Position numbers and translations under genes: made by a program
In this document: in pieces, positions 1 to 7,391 of the stretch
Numbering within the stretch: the stretch's first letter is position 1
Layout of the letters: every line of letters begins with the position of its first letter
Sequence record: SRR31156797_1811
Direction: 5' to 3' (one strand)
Length of the DNA: 32,278 bases
The notes under the pieces: generated by a model
Database searches by the model: none
What the model was told of the DNA's origin: nothing
What the model saw: only the letters and a program-made list of their open reading frames with translations

Positions 1-26
1 CTCTTTTTTAGAATCGAACTCGGGTT
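1..26. mobile_element. Probable terminal inverted repeat of an IS982-like element (rest lies outside the window)
   Basis: Reverse complement of 1-25 reads ACCCGAGTTCGATTCTAAAAAAGAG, and 5'-ACCC is the conserved IS982-family terminus. IS110-like coding sequence begins abruptly at 27, and that frame has a TAG at 9-11. Confidence 0.45.
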
Positions 27-1028
27 AGTAGCTTTTTACCTGACAATGAAACAGAACAATTACGCACTTATTGTCGGCATCGCTCTAATCTTATCAATAT
101 GGCAGCTTCAACATCAAAAAGGATGCAAAAATACTTACGTCTGCTTAATTTAAGATTAGATGTTGTTGTTAAAGATGTTTGTGGATTGACAGGACTAAAG
201 ATTATACGTGCTATTAGTAGCGGAGAAAATGATCCGAAAAAATTGGCATCTCTACGTCACTATAATTGCAGAAAAAGTGAAGAAGAGATTGCTAAAGCAT
301 TACACTCAAATGGTAGAAAAGATTACTTATTTGCATTACGTCAGGAACTGGAAACTTATGACCACTTACAGAACAAGATCCAACAATGTGATTTAGAAAT
401 AGAACAGATGCTTAATCAGATTATCGATAATGACGTAAAAAAAGAACATACAATAGAACCCAAACCATATAAGCGTCTAAATAAGAACACCCCCAAAAAT
501 ATTGATATTAATCTTAAAGGATATCAAATGCTTGAAAGAACTGATCTTTTAGCAATAGAAGGTATGAGTCATTTAACGGTATTGGCAATCATAAGTGAAA
601 TTGGAATTGAAGGGATAAGAAAGCTTCCAACTGCTAAACACTTTACTAGTTGGCTTCGAATAGCTCCCAATAATAAAGTTAGTGGGGGTAAAGTATTATC
701 CAGCAAAGTTCCCAAAGGTAGTAATCGTGTAAAAATAGCATTAAGACGTGCTGCCAATGCAATTGGAAACTTGAAAGACTCTACTCCCTTAAGAGATTTT
801 TTTCATCGAATTAATTTCAGGAAAGGTCGAGTATCTGCCATCAGTGCTACTGCACGTAAACTAGCAGTCATTATTTGGAATATGATTATTCATAATAAAC
901 CATACATTAATCCGGAAGGATACTTATATTTAGATCAGAAAAGAAAGCTTGGCATTGCCAAAAGAATACAAAAACAGATTGACAAATACGGAATTAACCC
1001 TAATGATCTTGATTTTACATCTGGTTGA
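27..1028 (+). mobile_element. IS110-family transposase, 5'-truncated (N-terminal DEDD/RuvC domain missing)
   Basis: The frame stays open upstream of the ATG at 99 (SSFLPDNETEQLRTYCRHRSNLIN). It has IS116/IS110/IS902-type C-terminal motifs LLAIEGMSHLTVLAIISEIG, FTSWLRIAP..SGGK and AISATARKLAVIIW. An in-frame stop at 9-11 cuts off the N-terminus. Confidence 0.85.
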
Positions 1029-1234
1029 TATATAGGATTTTAATTTTACGTTAGTCAGAATATAAAAGTAGGCAGTTCGACAAATCTACACTTTAACAAT
1101 CATAAATCGAAAATCCACATATCGTCAACCTCAATTCATAGAACCTAATTCCTTGACTAACAAAACTCTTGTTTCGAACTGTTCAAAAAGCACGAAAAAC
1201 ACACTTTTTTACCATGGCAGTAGCAAAAAAATTA

Positions 1235-1242
1235 TAAATTTG
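1235..1242 (+). promoter_or_regulatory. Bacteroidota sigma-A -7 promoter element (TAnnTTTG)
   Basis: TAAATTTG at 1235-1242, about 20 nt before the likely upxY start. The -33 TTTG match is poor (ATGG near 1214). Confidence 0.55.
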
Positions 1243-1264
1243 CTTGTTCGAAAATCGAAGTATT

Positions 1265-1774
1265 TTGAAAGAAGACACAACAACGCATACCTGGTATGCT
1301 TTATATACCAAATCAAGAGCTGAAAAAAAAGTTGCTGAGGGACTAAATAAAATTGGAATTACCAATTACCTTCCTTTGAAAAAGGAGTTAAAACAATGGA
1401 GTGACCGCAAAAAATGGGTCGAATCTCCGGCTATTAGCTCCTATATCTTTGTTCACATCACTCCTAATCAATACCGGTCTGTTTTTGAAGTAAATGGCGT
1501 TGTTGCCTATGTGGCACACAAGGGTAATGCATTAAGTATTCCCGAGCATGAAATTTATGCTATGAAGCAAACCATTGAGAATAAGATCGCTTTCGATGTT
1601 GAAGCAACAAATATTATAAAAGGAGAGGAAATTACTGTAACCTCAGGTCCTTTAAAAGGTATAAGCGGGATAGTGAATTCAATACAGGGGACAAAAAAGC
1701 TTTATTTAAATATTTCGAATATTGGTTATACCTTGGTTGTAGACTTAAATGATGCTATGATTGAGAGGAAATAA
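1265..1774 (+). CDS. upxY: UpxY-family (NusG/RfaH-like) transcription antiterminator
   Basis: NGN motif WYALYTKSRAEKKV..YLPL..WSDRKK..SYIFV and KOW motif GEEITVTSGPLKGISG. TTG at 1265 is preferred over 1244, which abuts the -7 box. Confidence 0.92.
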   Translation: MKEDTTTHTWYALYTKSRAEKKVAEGLNKIGITNYLPLKKELKQWSDRKKWVESPAISSYIFVHITPNQYRSVFEVNGVVAYVAHKGNALSIPEHEIYAMKQTIENKIAFDVEATNIIKGEEITVTSGPLKGISGIVNSIQGTKKLYLNISNIGYTLVVDLNDAMIERK

Positions 1775-1896
1775 ATATATCTATTAAAAAGTAGTTGAAT
1801 TGATCAAATATGTAATCGAGTAATATCATTTCTTATTTGATTTTCCTTTTGCTTAGTTTGTAGCTAAGTGACATAATAAAAGCGAGTTGTATTTTG

Positions 1897-1943
1897 CTCA
1901 CTCCATATGATATGGGACTGAGGGAGGCGAAGCTGTGGAGTGA
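1897..1943 (+). promoter_or_regulatory. Candidate ops-like pause / UpxY loading element
   Basis: Hairpin 1897-1922 (CTCA..CCATA-tga-TATGG..TGAG), then GCGAAGC at 1927-1933. A competing perfect 8-bp stem pairs TCACTCCA (1898-1905) with TGGAGTGA (1936-1943). The segment is GC-rich within an AT-rich spacer. Confidence 0.55.
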
Positions 1944-1944
1944 T

Positions 1945-2006
1945 ATAAGGTTAAAGTTGATAAGGTTAAAATGAGAAAAGGTAAAACTCTTAAGCTTAAA
2001 AGTTAG
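1945..2006 (+). repeat. Family-A short repeats, G/T-rich arm
   Basis: ATAAGGTTAAA at 1945-1955 and 1960-1970, with degenerate copies AAAGGTAAAA (1977-1986) and TAAGCTTAAAAGT (1991-2003). Confidence 0.75.
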
Positions 2007-2010
2007 GAAA

Positions 2011-2393
2011 ATTGAAAAAGATCTGGCAGAGAGGTTATTTAATTTTGCTGTTTTACTCATTAAAACCACCCGAAGATTACCTTATAAGCAGGAATTCAAA
2101 ATAATATCATATCAACTGATTAAATCCTCTTCTTGTGTTGGTGCTAATTATGAAGAAGCACAAGGAGCTGTATCTAAAAGCTGATTTTATAAATAAAATA
2201 GGAATTTGTCTAAAAGAAATCAGAGACGATTTATTGGATTAAGATTCTTATTGAAATATCAGATAACAACAACGAATGGACTCCTTTAAAACAAGAATCA
2301 GAAGAAATCATGAAAATAATAGGTTCTATTTATTTTAAAACATCCATCAAGAGATATAAAAATCACTTTAACCTATACACTTATAGCCTTTAA
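2011..2393 (+). pseudogene. Four-helix-bundle protein (23S rRNA-IVP / TIGR02436-like) pseudogene
   Basis: Three frame segments join into EKDLAERLFNFAVLLIK..QLIKSSSCVGANYEEAQGAVSK / ADFINKIGICLKEIR / TIYWIKILIEISD..LKQESEEIMKIIGSI. There is an extra A near 2176-2179, a 2-nt loss near 2222-2226, and ATT rather than ATG at 2011. Not in the ORF track. Confidence 0.88.
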
Positions 2394-2426
2394 CCTTAAT
2401 TAAGTACTTTAACCCTTAACCTTTAT
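2364..2426 (+). repeat. Family-A roughly 7-nt periodic repeats, C/T-rich arm (complement of 1945-1970 and 3034-3047)
   Basis: CACTTTA ACCTATA CACTTAT AGCCTTT AACCTTA .. ACTTTAA CCCTTAA CCTTTAT. CTTTAACCTTA (2388-2398) is the exact reverse complement of 1946-1956. Confidence 0.75.
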
Positions 2427-2446
2427 AAACATTAAATCTTATTAAA

Positions 2447-3037
2447 ATGAGCATTCATCCAACAGACATATACCTGACGCGTGCAGATAAAGAACAATAC
2501 CTAAAGCAAAATGCTAAAGTGATCTGGATAACAGGATTAAGTGGTTCAGGTAAAAGTACATTGGCCAGTGGTTTGGAAAGAAGGTTAGCTGAAAGAGGGT
2601 ATTTTACACAGGTTCTGGACGGGGATAATATCCGATCAGGTATAAATAAAAACTTAGGTTTTACTGATGAAGATAGAACGGAAAATATACGTCGTATTGC
2701 CGAAGTAAACAAGTTGTTTTTAAACTGTGGTATTATTACCTTAAATGCTTTTGTATCGCCGACCAACGCGATTCGTCATATGGCAAGAGAAATTATCGGT
2801 AATGAAGATTTTATAGAAATATTTGTTGATGCCAGTTTTGATACTTGTGCTCAACGCGATCCGAAAGGGCTCTATAAAAAAGCACTGGCTGGTGAAATTA
2901 AAAACTTTACCGGACTGGATGCTCCTTTTGACAAACCGGATGATGCGGAAGTAACCATCAATACTGATGAGTTGAGTATTGAGGAGGGTGTAGAGAAAGC
3001 TTTAGCTTATGTGTTGAATAAGGTCAATAAGAGTTAA
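2447..3037 (+). CDS. cysC: Adenylyl-sulfate (APS) kinase, PAPS-forming
   Basis: WITGLSGSGKST P-loop, LDGDNIR, DRTENIRRIAEV, RDPKGLYKKA and FTGLDAPF. Confidence 0.97.
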   Translation: MSIHPTDIYLTRADKEQYLKQNAKVIWITGLSGSGKSTLASGLERRLAERGYFTQVLDGDNIRSGINKNLGFTDEDRTENIRRIAEVNKLFLNCGIITLNAFVSPTNAIRHMAREIIGNEDFIEIFVDASFDTCAQRDPKGLYKKALAGEIKNFTGLDAPFDKPDDAEVTINTDELSIEEGVEKALAYVLNKVNKS

Positions 3038-3106
3038 GGTTAAAGTAATAAGTATTCAGCGAACAGCTAACAACTTAAAGCTAGCAGCTAAGAACTAAAA
3101 ACTAAT
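3034..3106 (+). repeat. Hybrid spacer: family-A arm followed by a family-B heptamer array
   Basis: TTAAGGTTAAAGTA (3034-3047) overlaps the cysC stop. Seven heptamers follow at 3058-3106: AGCGAAC AGCTAAC AACTTAA AGCTAGC AGCTAAG AACTAAA AACTAAT, ending 2 nt before the wzm ATG. Confidence 0.85.
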
Positions 3107-3108
3107 AA

Positions 3109-3969
3109 ATGAATTCCGAATCTCAGCATACAAAAACAACAGTATATCAGGCTCAGGATAGTTTATCTTTAAGAAAAATTTTCATAGAACTGCTGATTGA
3201 TATAAAACCAGCCAGAGAATTAGGATTACAACTGGCTAAAAGAGATATAAAAGCTGCATACAGACAATCACTATTAGGTATTTTATGGGCATTTATACCA
3301 CCGTTAATGAACTCATTAATATGGATTGTTCTGAATAGCTCAAAAACAGTTACTATTCAAAAAACACCGATTCCTTATCCTGCATTTGTATTAATTGGTA
3401 CCTTAATGTGGCAGGTCTTAACAGAATCGGTCAATCAACCTTTGCGTAGTGTTAAATCAGGAAAAAGTATATTAGCTAAACTAAATTTCCCCAGAGAATC
3501 ATTATTATTTCATGGTTTTTTCACCTTACTGTTCAATACTCTATTAAAGTTAACAATTATTGTAGCAGTACTATTGGTATTTAAAATCAACCCGGGTTGG
3601 CAAGGACTTGGGTTTATTCCAATGCTAATTGGTTTGATGATAACAGGTTTCTCTATTGGAATGCTTGTTTTACCAGTGGGCATGATGTATGGAGATATTT
3701 CGCGGATGATTCCATTGGCAATGCAATTTCTAATGTTACTAACTCCGGTGGTTTTTCCAATGCCTGAGTCTGGTAAGTTGTTGATGTTTAATCAGATTAA
3801 TCCATTTTCGTATTTAATAGAAACTACTCGAAACCTATTAACAGCTCAAGCTATTCCCAATTTGGTTCCAACATTAAGTATACTCGGAGTAGCATTTGTA
3901 TTTTTAATAATTGCCGTGATTGTGTATCGCTTTATCATGCCTATTATTATTGAACGTGTCGGTGCGTAA
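3109..3969 (+). CDS. wzm: ABC-2 polysaccharide exporter permease
   Basis: KRDIKAAYRQSLLGILWAFIPP, KLNFPRE, LTPVVFP and NPFSYLIE motifs, with several hydrophobic helices. Confidence 0.93.
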   Translation: MNSESQHTKTTVYQAQDSLSLRKIFIELLIDIKPARELGLQLAKRDIKAAYRQSLLGILWAFIPPLMNSLIWIVLNSSKTVTIQKTPIPYPAFVLIGTLMWQVLTESVNQPLRSVKSGKSILAKLNFPRESLLFHGFFTLLFNTLLKLTIIVAVLLVFKINPGWQGLGFIPMLIGLMITGFSIGMLVLPVGMMYGDISRMIPLAMQFLMLLTPVVFPMPESGKLLMFNQINPFSYLIETTRNLLTAQAIPNLVPTLSILGVAFVFLIIAVIVYRFIMPIIIERVGA

Positions 3970-4047
3970 TAGCTGTTAGGGAATAGTTCTTAGCTAGTAG
4001 GTAGCTGCTAACACCTAAGAACTAACAGCTACTAGCTAAAAACTAAC
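3968..4047 (+). repeat. Family-B heptamers in inverted arrangement
   Basis: Reverse units at 3968-4002 (AATAGCT GTTAGGG AATAGTT CTTAGCT AGTAGGT) and forward units at 4006-4047 (TGCTAAC ACCTAAG AACTAAC AGCTACT AGCTAAA AACTAAC). 3984-4000 pairs with 4029-4045 at 16/17. Confidence 0.88.
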
Positions 4048-4051
4048 AACA

Positions 4052-4411
4052 ATGAGTAATTTTGGATTTAAAGAATTGACCGTTTGGCGAAGAGCTCTTG
4101 AATTTGCAAACTCTGTAATTGAACTCACAGAATCTTTAAATTCACACCATAAACATTATCGCTTAATCGAACAGATAGAATCGTCATCAGCATCTATTGC
4201 ACAAAATATTGCAGAAGGAAAAGGTAGATATTCTAAGAAGGAATTTAAGCAGTTCCTTTATTACTCCAGAGGATCATTATTCGAAACCGTAACTCTTCTT
4301 AATCTTTTTGCGTTAAGAAATTGGATTACGAATAATGAATTGGAGAAACTCGAAAATGAAGCCAATGAAATTGGCAAAATGTTAAATGGACTAATCAATA
4401 GTATCAAGTAG
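4052..4411 (+). CDS. Four-helix-bundle protein (23S rRNA-IVP family, Avd-like fold)
   Basis: 119 aa with FKELTVWRRA, QIESSSASIAQNIAEG.GR.SKKEF..FL..SRGSL.E and EIGKMLNGLI. Confidence 0.93.
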   Translation: MSNFGFKELTVWRRALEFANSVIELTESLNSHHKHYRLIEQIESSSASIAQNIAEGKGRYSKKEFKQFLYYSRGSLFETVTLLNLFALRNWITNNELEKLENEANEIGKMLNGLINSIK

Positions 4412-4511
4412 CTCTTAGGACGCTTCGCTTTAGTTCTTAGTAATCAATTCGTAACAACTACGAGCTAAGAACTAACAACTACGAGCTAAGAACTAACAAC
4501 TAATAACTAAA
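4407..4511 (+). repeat. Family-B heptamers: reverse arm, then forward array with a perfect 21-bp tandem duplication
   Basis: Reverse units AGTAGCT CTTAGGA .. TTTAGTT CTTAGTA (4407-4442). TAACAACTACGAGCTAAGAAC x2.4 at 4452-4502. The array ends 1 nt before the wzt ATG. Confidence 0.9.
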
Positions 4512-4512
4512 A

Positions 4513-5736
4513 ATGTCTGAAGTACTCGTAAAAGTAGAAAACGTATCTAAAAAATTCAGCCGTGATTTAAAAAAATCATTATGGTATGGTGTTAAAGATA
4601 TGAGTTCTGCTTTATTTACTAATAATACCAACCATAGTGAACTACGCCCATCTGAATTCTGGGCTGTAAAAGATGTAAGTTTTGAATTACGCCGGGGAGA
4701 GTGTTTAGGACTAATCGGGCATAATGGAGCAGGAAAATCAACATTGCTAAAAATACTTAATGGTTTAATACGTCCTGATGAAGGAAAAATAACCATGCAT
4801 GGACGAATTGGGGCATTGATAGAGCTTGGAGCAGGTTTTAACCCCATTCTTACGGGTCGTGAAAACATATACAATAATGGTGCGGTATTAGGTTTTTCTA
4901 AAAAAGAGATTGATGCCAAGTTAGAGGCGATTATTGAATTTTCAGAGATAGGGGATTTTATAGATACACCTGTTCAAAATTATAGCTCTGGGATGAAAGT
5001 ACGATTGGGCTTTGCGGTAGCAGCCCAAATGGAACCTGATGTGTTAATTATTGATGAAGTATTAGCCGTTGGAGATGTAGGATTTAGAACCAAATGTTTA
5101 AATCGTATTACGGAATTAATGAAATCGAGTGCTGTAATTTTTGTTTCACATTCTATGCCATTAATTGCAAGGACTTGTAATAAAGTTCTATTTATGGCAA
5201 AAGGGAAAAGCGCTTTTTTTGGGAATGAAATAGCTTATGGTATAGAATTATATTATGATTCCTTTCAAGCAGAACAAAAAAATATAATTGGAAAAGAAAA
5301 AATAATAATCAATGATCTTCAAATTCAGAATGAAAAAATAGATGTAGATCAATCAGGAGTAATTGAGGTAAAAACTTATGATAAGATTCAAATACTTATA
5401 AGTTTTATTTCAAAAGTTAATATTGATTATTTAAATATTGTTATTATTATAAAGAATAAAAATTTGCAACAGGTTGCGGCTCTTTTTTCAAGAAGTGATA
5501 ATTTTATTATTAAAAATACAAATGAGCAAATGACATGTAAACTAACCTTTATTAATTCTTTAACACCGGGAGTGTATACTATTGATCTTGCATTTGTTGA
5601 ATCATATTCAAATGATATTCACAAAGTAGGTAAAGTAATTAGTAACTATCAATCAATTGCATCTCTAAAAATAAAAATAGATAAAGTAGTAAATCATATT
5701 CCTGTTCAATTTAAGGGGCTTTGGGAAATAGTTTAA
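4513..5736 (+). CDS. wzt: ABC polysaccharide exporter ATPase with C-terminal Wzt_C-like domain
   Basis: Walker A GHNGAGKST, signature YSSGMKVRLGFA, Walker B LIIDEVLAVGD, VSH switch, and a beta-rich C-terminal extension of about 150 aa. Confidence 0.95.
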   Translation: MSEVLVKVENVSKKFSRDLKKSLWYGVKDMSSALFTNNTNHSELRPSEFWAVKDVSFELRRGECLGLIGHNGAGKSTLLKILNGLIRPDEGKITMHGRIGALIELGAGFNPILTGRENIYNNGAVLGFSKKEIDAKLEAIIEFSEIGDFIDTPVQNYSSGMKVRLGFAVAAQMEPDVLIIDEVLAVGDVGFRTKCLNRITELMKSSAVIFVSHSMPLIARTCNKVLFMAKGKSAFFGNEIAYGIELYYDSFQAEQKNIIGKEKIIINDLQIQNEKIDVDQSGVIEVKTYDKIQILISFISKVNIDYLNIVIIIKNKNLQQVAALFSRSDNFIIKNTNEQMTCKLTFINSLTPGVYTIDLAFVESYSNDIHKVGKVISNYQSIASLKIKIDKVVNHIPVQFKGLWEIV

Positions 5737-5749
5737 TCAGTTTATAATA

Positions 5750-6622
5750 ATGAAATTAATACAAGGAATTAGGAATAAACTTTTATTAGGAAACCAAGAT
5801 AAAAAACTACCCTTAAGAAGTTTTCCAAGTAATCAAACAAATGCACCAACATGTATTATAGGTAATGCAATCCCTAAAAGTGGAACATACTTACTTAATA
5901 GCATTTTTAAATACCTTAATTTATGGTCTCCAACTAATGTTCATTTGTTAGATTCTCAGTACTTTATTATGCATTCAGATAAGGATACTAGCGTTATAAG
6001 GGAGCAATCTAATAATTCACTTAAGAAAATATTAAATGGTCAAATAGTAGCTGCTCATCTTCATTGGAATAAGGAAATTGGAGACTATTTAAATGAGCAT
6101 AGAAATATAAAGCACATTTTTATGTATCGAGATCCTCGAGACATTTTTGTGAGTTTTAAAAACTACATGACCTATTCTAAGGCAGCTGCTCACTGGTGGA
6201 AGCCAAGAAAAGAACAACAGTTTCTTAATTCATTTTTTAATAATGATGACGATCGTTTATGGTACCTTATTGTTGAATATATGAAAAGGGAAAACTGGGA
6301 AGATTACCTTCCTTGGTTCTCCCATGATAACACACATATATTAAAATTTGAAGATCTTTATTTAGAAATCAGTTTATTAAAGAAAGATGGTTTTGGTAAG
6401 TGTTTAAAAGGACTTTTTGAATATCTGGAAGTAGATATTAAAGAGCACGATCCCGAAATATTTTATGATAATGTAATGGGTAAAGGCTATACTTCTACGG
6501 GAGATTTAGATAAAATAGAACGATATAAAAAAGAGTTCAAAGTACAACACTATAATTTATTAAATACCGAATCATTTAAAGAAATACTTAGAAGTTTTGG
6601 ATATGAATGGTACCAACCTTAA
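5750..6622 (+). CDS. Sulfotransferase-domain protein
   Basis: 5'-PSB-like IPKSGTYLL, 3'-PB-like YRDPRDIFVS, and LKFEDL. Confidence 0.8.
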   Translation: MKLIQGIRNKLLLGNQDKKLPLRSFPSNQTNAPTCIIGNAIPKSGTYLLNSIFKYLNLWSPTNVHLLDSQYFIMHSDKDTSVIREQSNNSLKKILNGQIVAAHLHWNKEIGDYLNEHRNIKHIFMYRDPRDIFVSFKNYMTYSKAAAHWWKPRKEQQFLNSFFNNDDDRLWYLIVEYMKRENWEDYLPWFSHDNTHILKFEDLYLEISLLKKDGFGKCLKGLFEYLEVDIKEHDPEIFYDNVMGKGYTSTGDLDKIERYKKEFKVQHYNLLNTESFKEILRSFGYEWYQP

Positions 6623-7391
6623 AGCAGTCATATTGTGCGGAGGCAAAGGCACTAGACTTGGAGAAGAAACAAGCGTAAAACCAAAACCGATGGTTAGCGT
6701 TGGAGGGTTGCCTATTCTTTTACATATAATGAAAATTTATTCCCATTATGGGGTGAATGAATTCATTATATTATTAGGATATAAAGGTTATTTGATAAAA
6801 GAATATTTTGCAAATTACTACCTTCATAGAAATGATTTAGTAATTGATCTCACAGATAATAGTTTTACATATTTAAATGATAGAAGTGAAAACTGGAAAA
6901 TTACACTTCTTGATACAGGTTTGGAAACTATGACTGGAGCTCGGATAAAGAAAGTCAAACACTTGTTAAAAGATGAGACTTTTTTTCTAACATATGGAGA
7001 TGGTTTGTCTGATGTAAATATTCAAGAATCACTAAATTTTCATCAAAATCATGGAAAGCTACTTACTATGACAGCAGTTCAACCTGAAGGGCGATTTGGT
7101 GCTTTAAATATTAAAGAAGATAATAAAATTGATACCTTTAAAGAAAAACCTCAAGGAGATGGAGCTTGGGTTAATGGAGGTTTTTTTGTTTGTGAGCCTG
7201 GAATATTTGAATATATCAATGATAGTGAAGATGAAGTTTTTGAAAAAAAACCTTTGGAAAATATTGCCAAAGCAAACGAATTAGTTGCATACAAGCATAA
7301 CGGATTCTGGCAACCAATGGATACGTTGAGAGATAAGGTATTATTAGATGAATTGGCAAAATCAAATGCTCCATGGATGAATTTAAAATAA
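6603..7391 (+). CDS. rfbF: Glucose-1-phosphate cytidylyltransferase
   Basis: AVILCGGKGTRLGEET..KPKPMV, LDTGLETMTGARIK, LTYGDG and GFWQPMDTLRDK. ATG at 6603 is preferred over TTG at 6597. Confidence 0.96.
   Translation: MNGTNLKAVILCGGKGTRLGEETSVKPKPMVSVGGLPILLHIMKIYSHYGVNEFIILLGYKGYLIKEYFANYYLHRNDLVIDLTDNSFTYLNDRSENWKITLLDTGLETMTGARIKKVKHLLKDETFFLTYGDGLSDVNIQESLNFHQNHGKLLTMTAVQPEGRFGALNIKEDNKIDTFKEKPQGDGAWVNGGFFVCEPGIFEYINDSEDEVFEKKPLENIAKANELVAYKHNGFWQPMDTLRDKVLLDELAKSNAPWMNLK

Noticed and set aside
1073-1181. Inverted repeat CAGTTCGA (1073-1080) / TCGAACTG (1174-1181) as an invertible promoter upstream of upxY
   Set aside because: Only 8 bp are perfect, the TAnnTTTG element lies outside the enclosed segment, and no invertase is in the window.
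1029-1230. IS110 bridge RNA downstream of the transposase
   Set aside because: No convincing two-loop structure by eye and the element boundary is undetermined. It would need covariance analysis of homologous ends.
1850-1896. Second Bacteroidota promoter after upxY (TTAGTTTG, GTATTTTG)
   Set aside because: Neither fits TAnnTTTG and there is no correctly spaced -33 element.
1833-2069. Minus-strand 78-aa ORF, and the short ATG ORF at 1971-2006
   Set aside because: Both overlap the repeat arm or FHB pseudogene and have no recognisable motifs.
4052-4411. Diversity-generating retroelement, because FHB is Avd-like
   Set aside because: No reverse transcriptase and no TR/VR pair with adenine-specific mismatches seen in the window.
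3058-4511. CRISPR array or rRNA intervening sequence
   Set aside because: Units are contiguous 7-mers without unique spacers, there are no cas genes, and the flanks are protein-coding rather than 23S rRNA.
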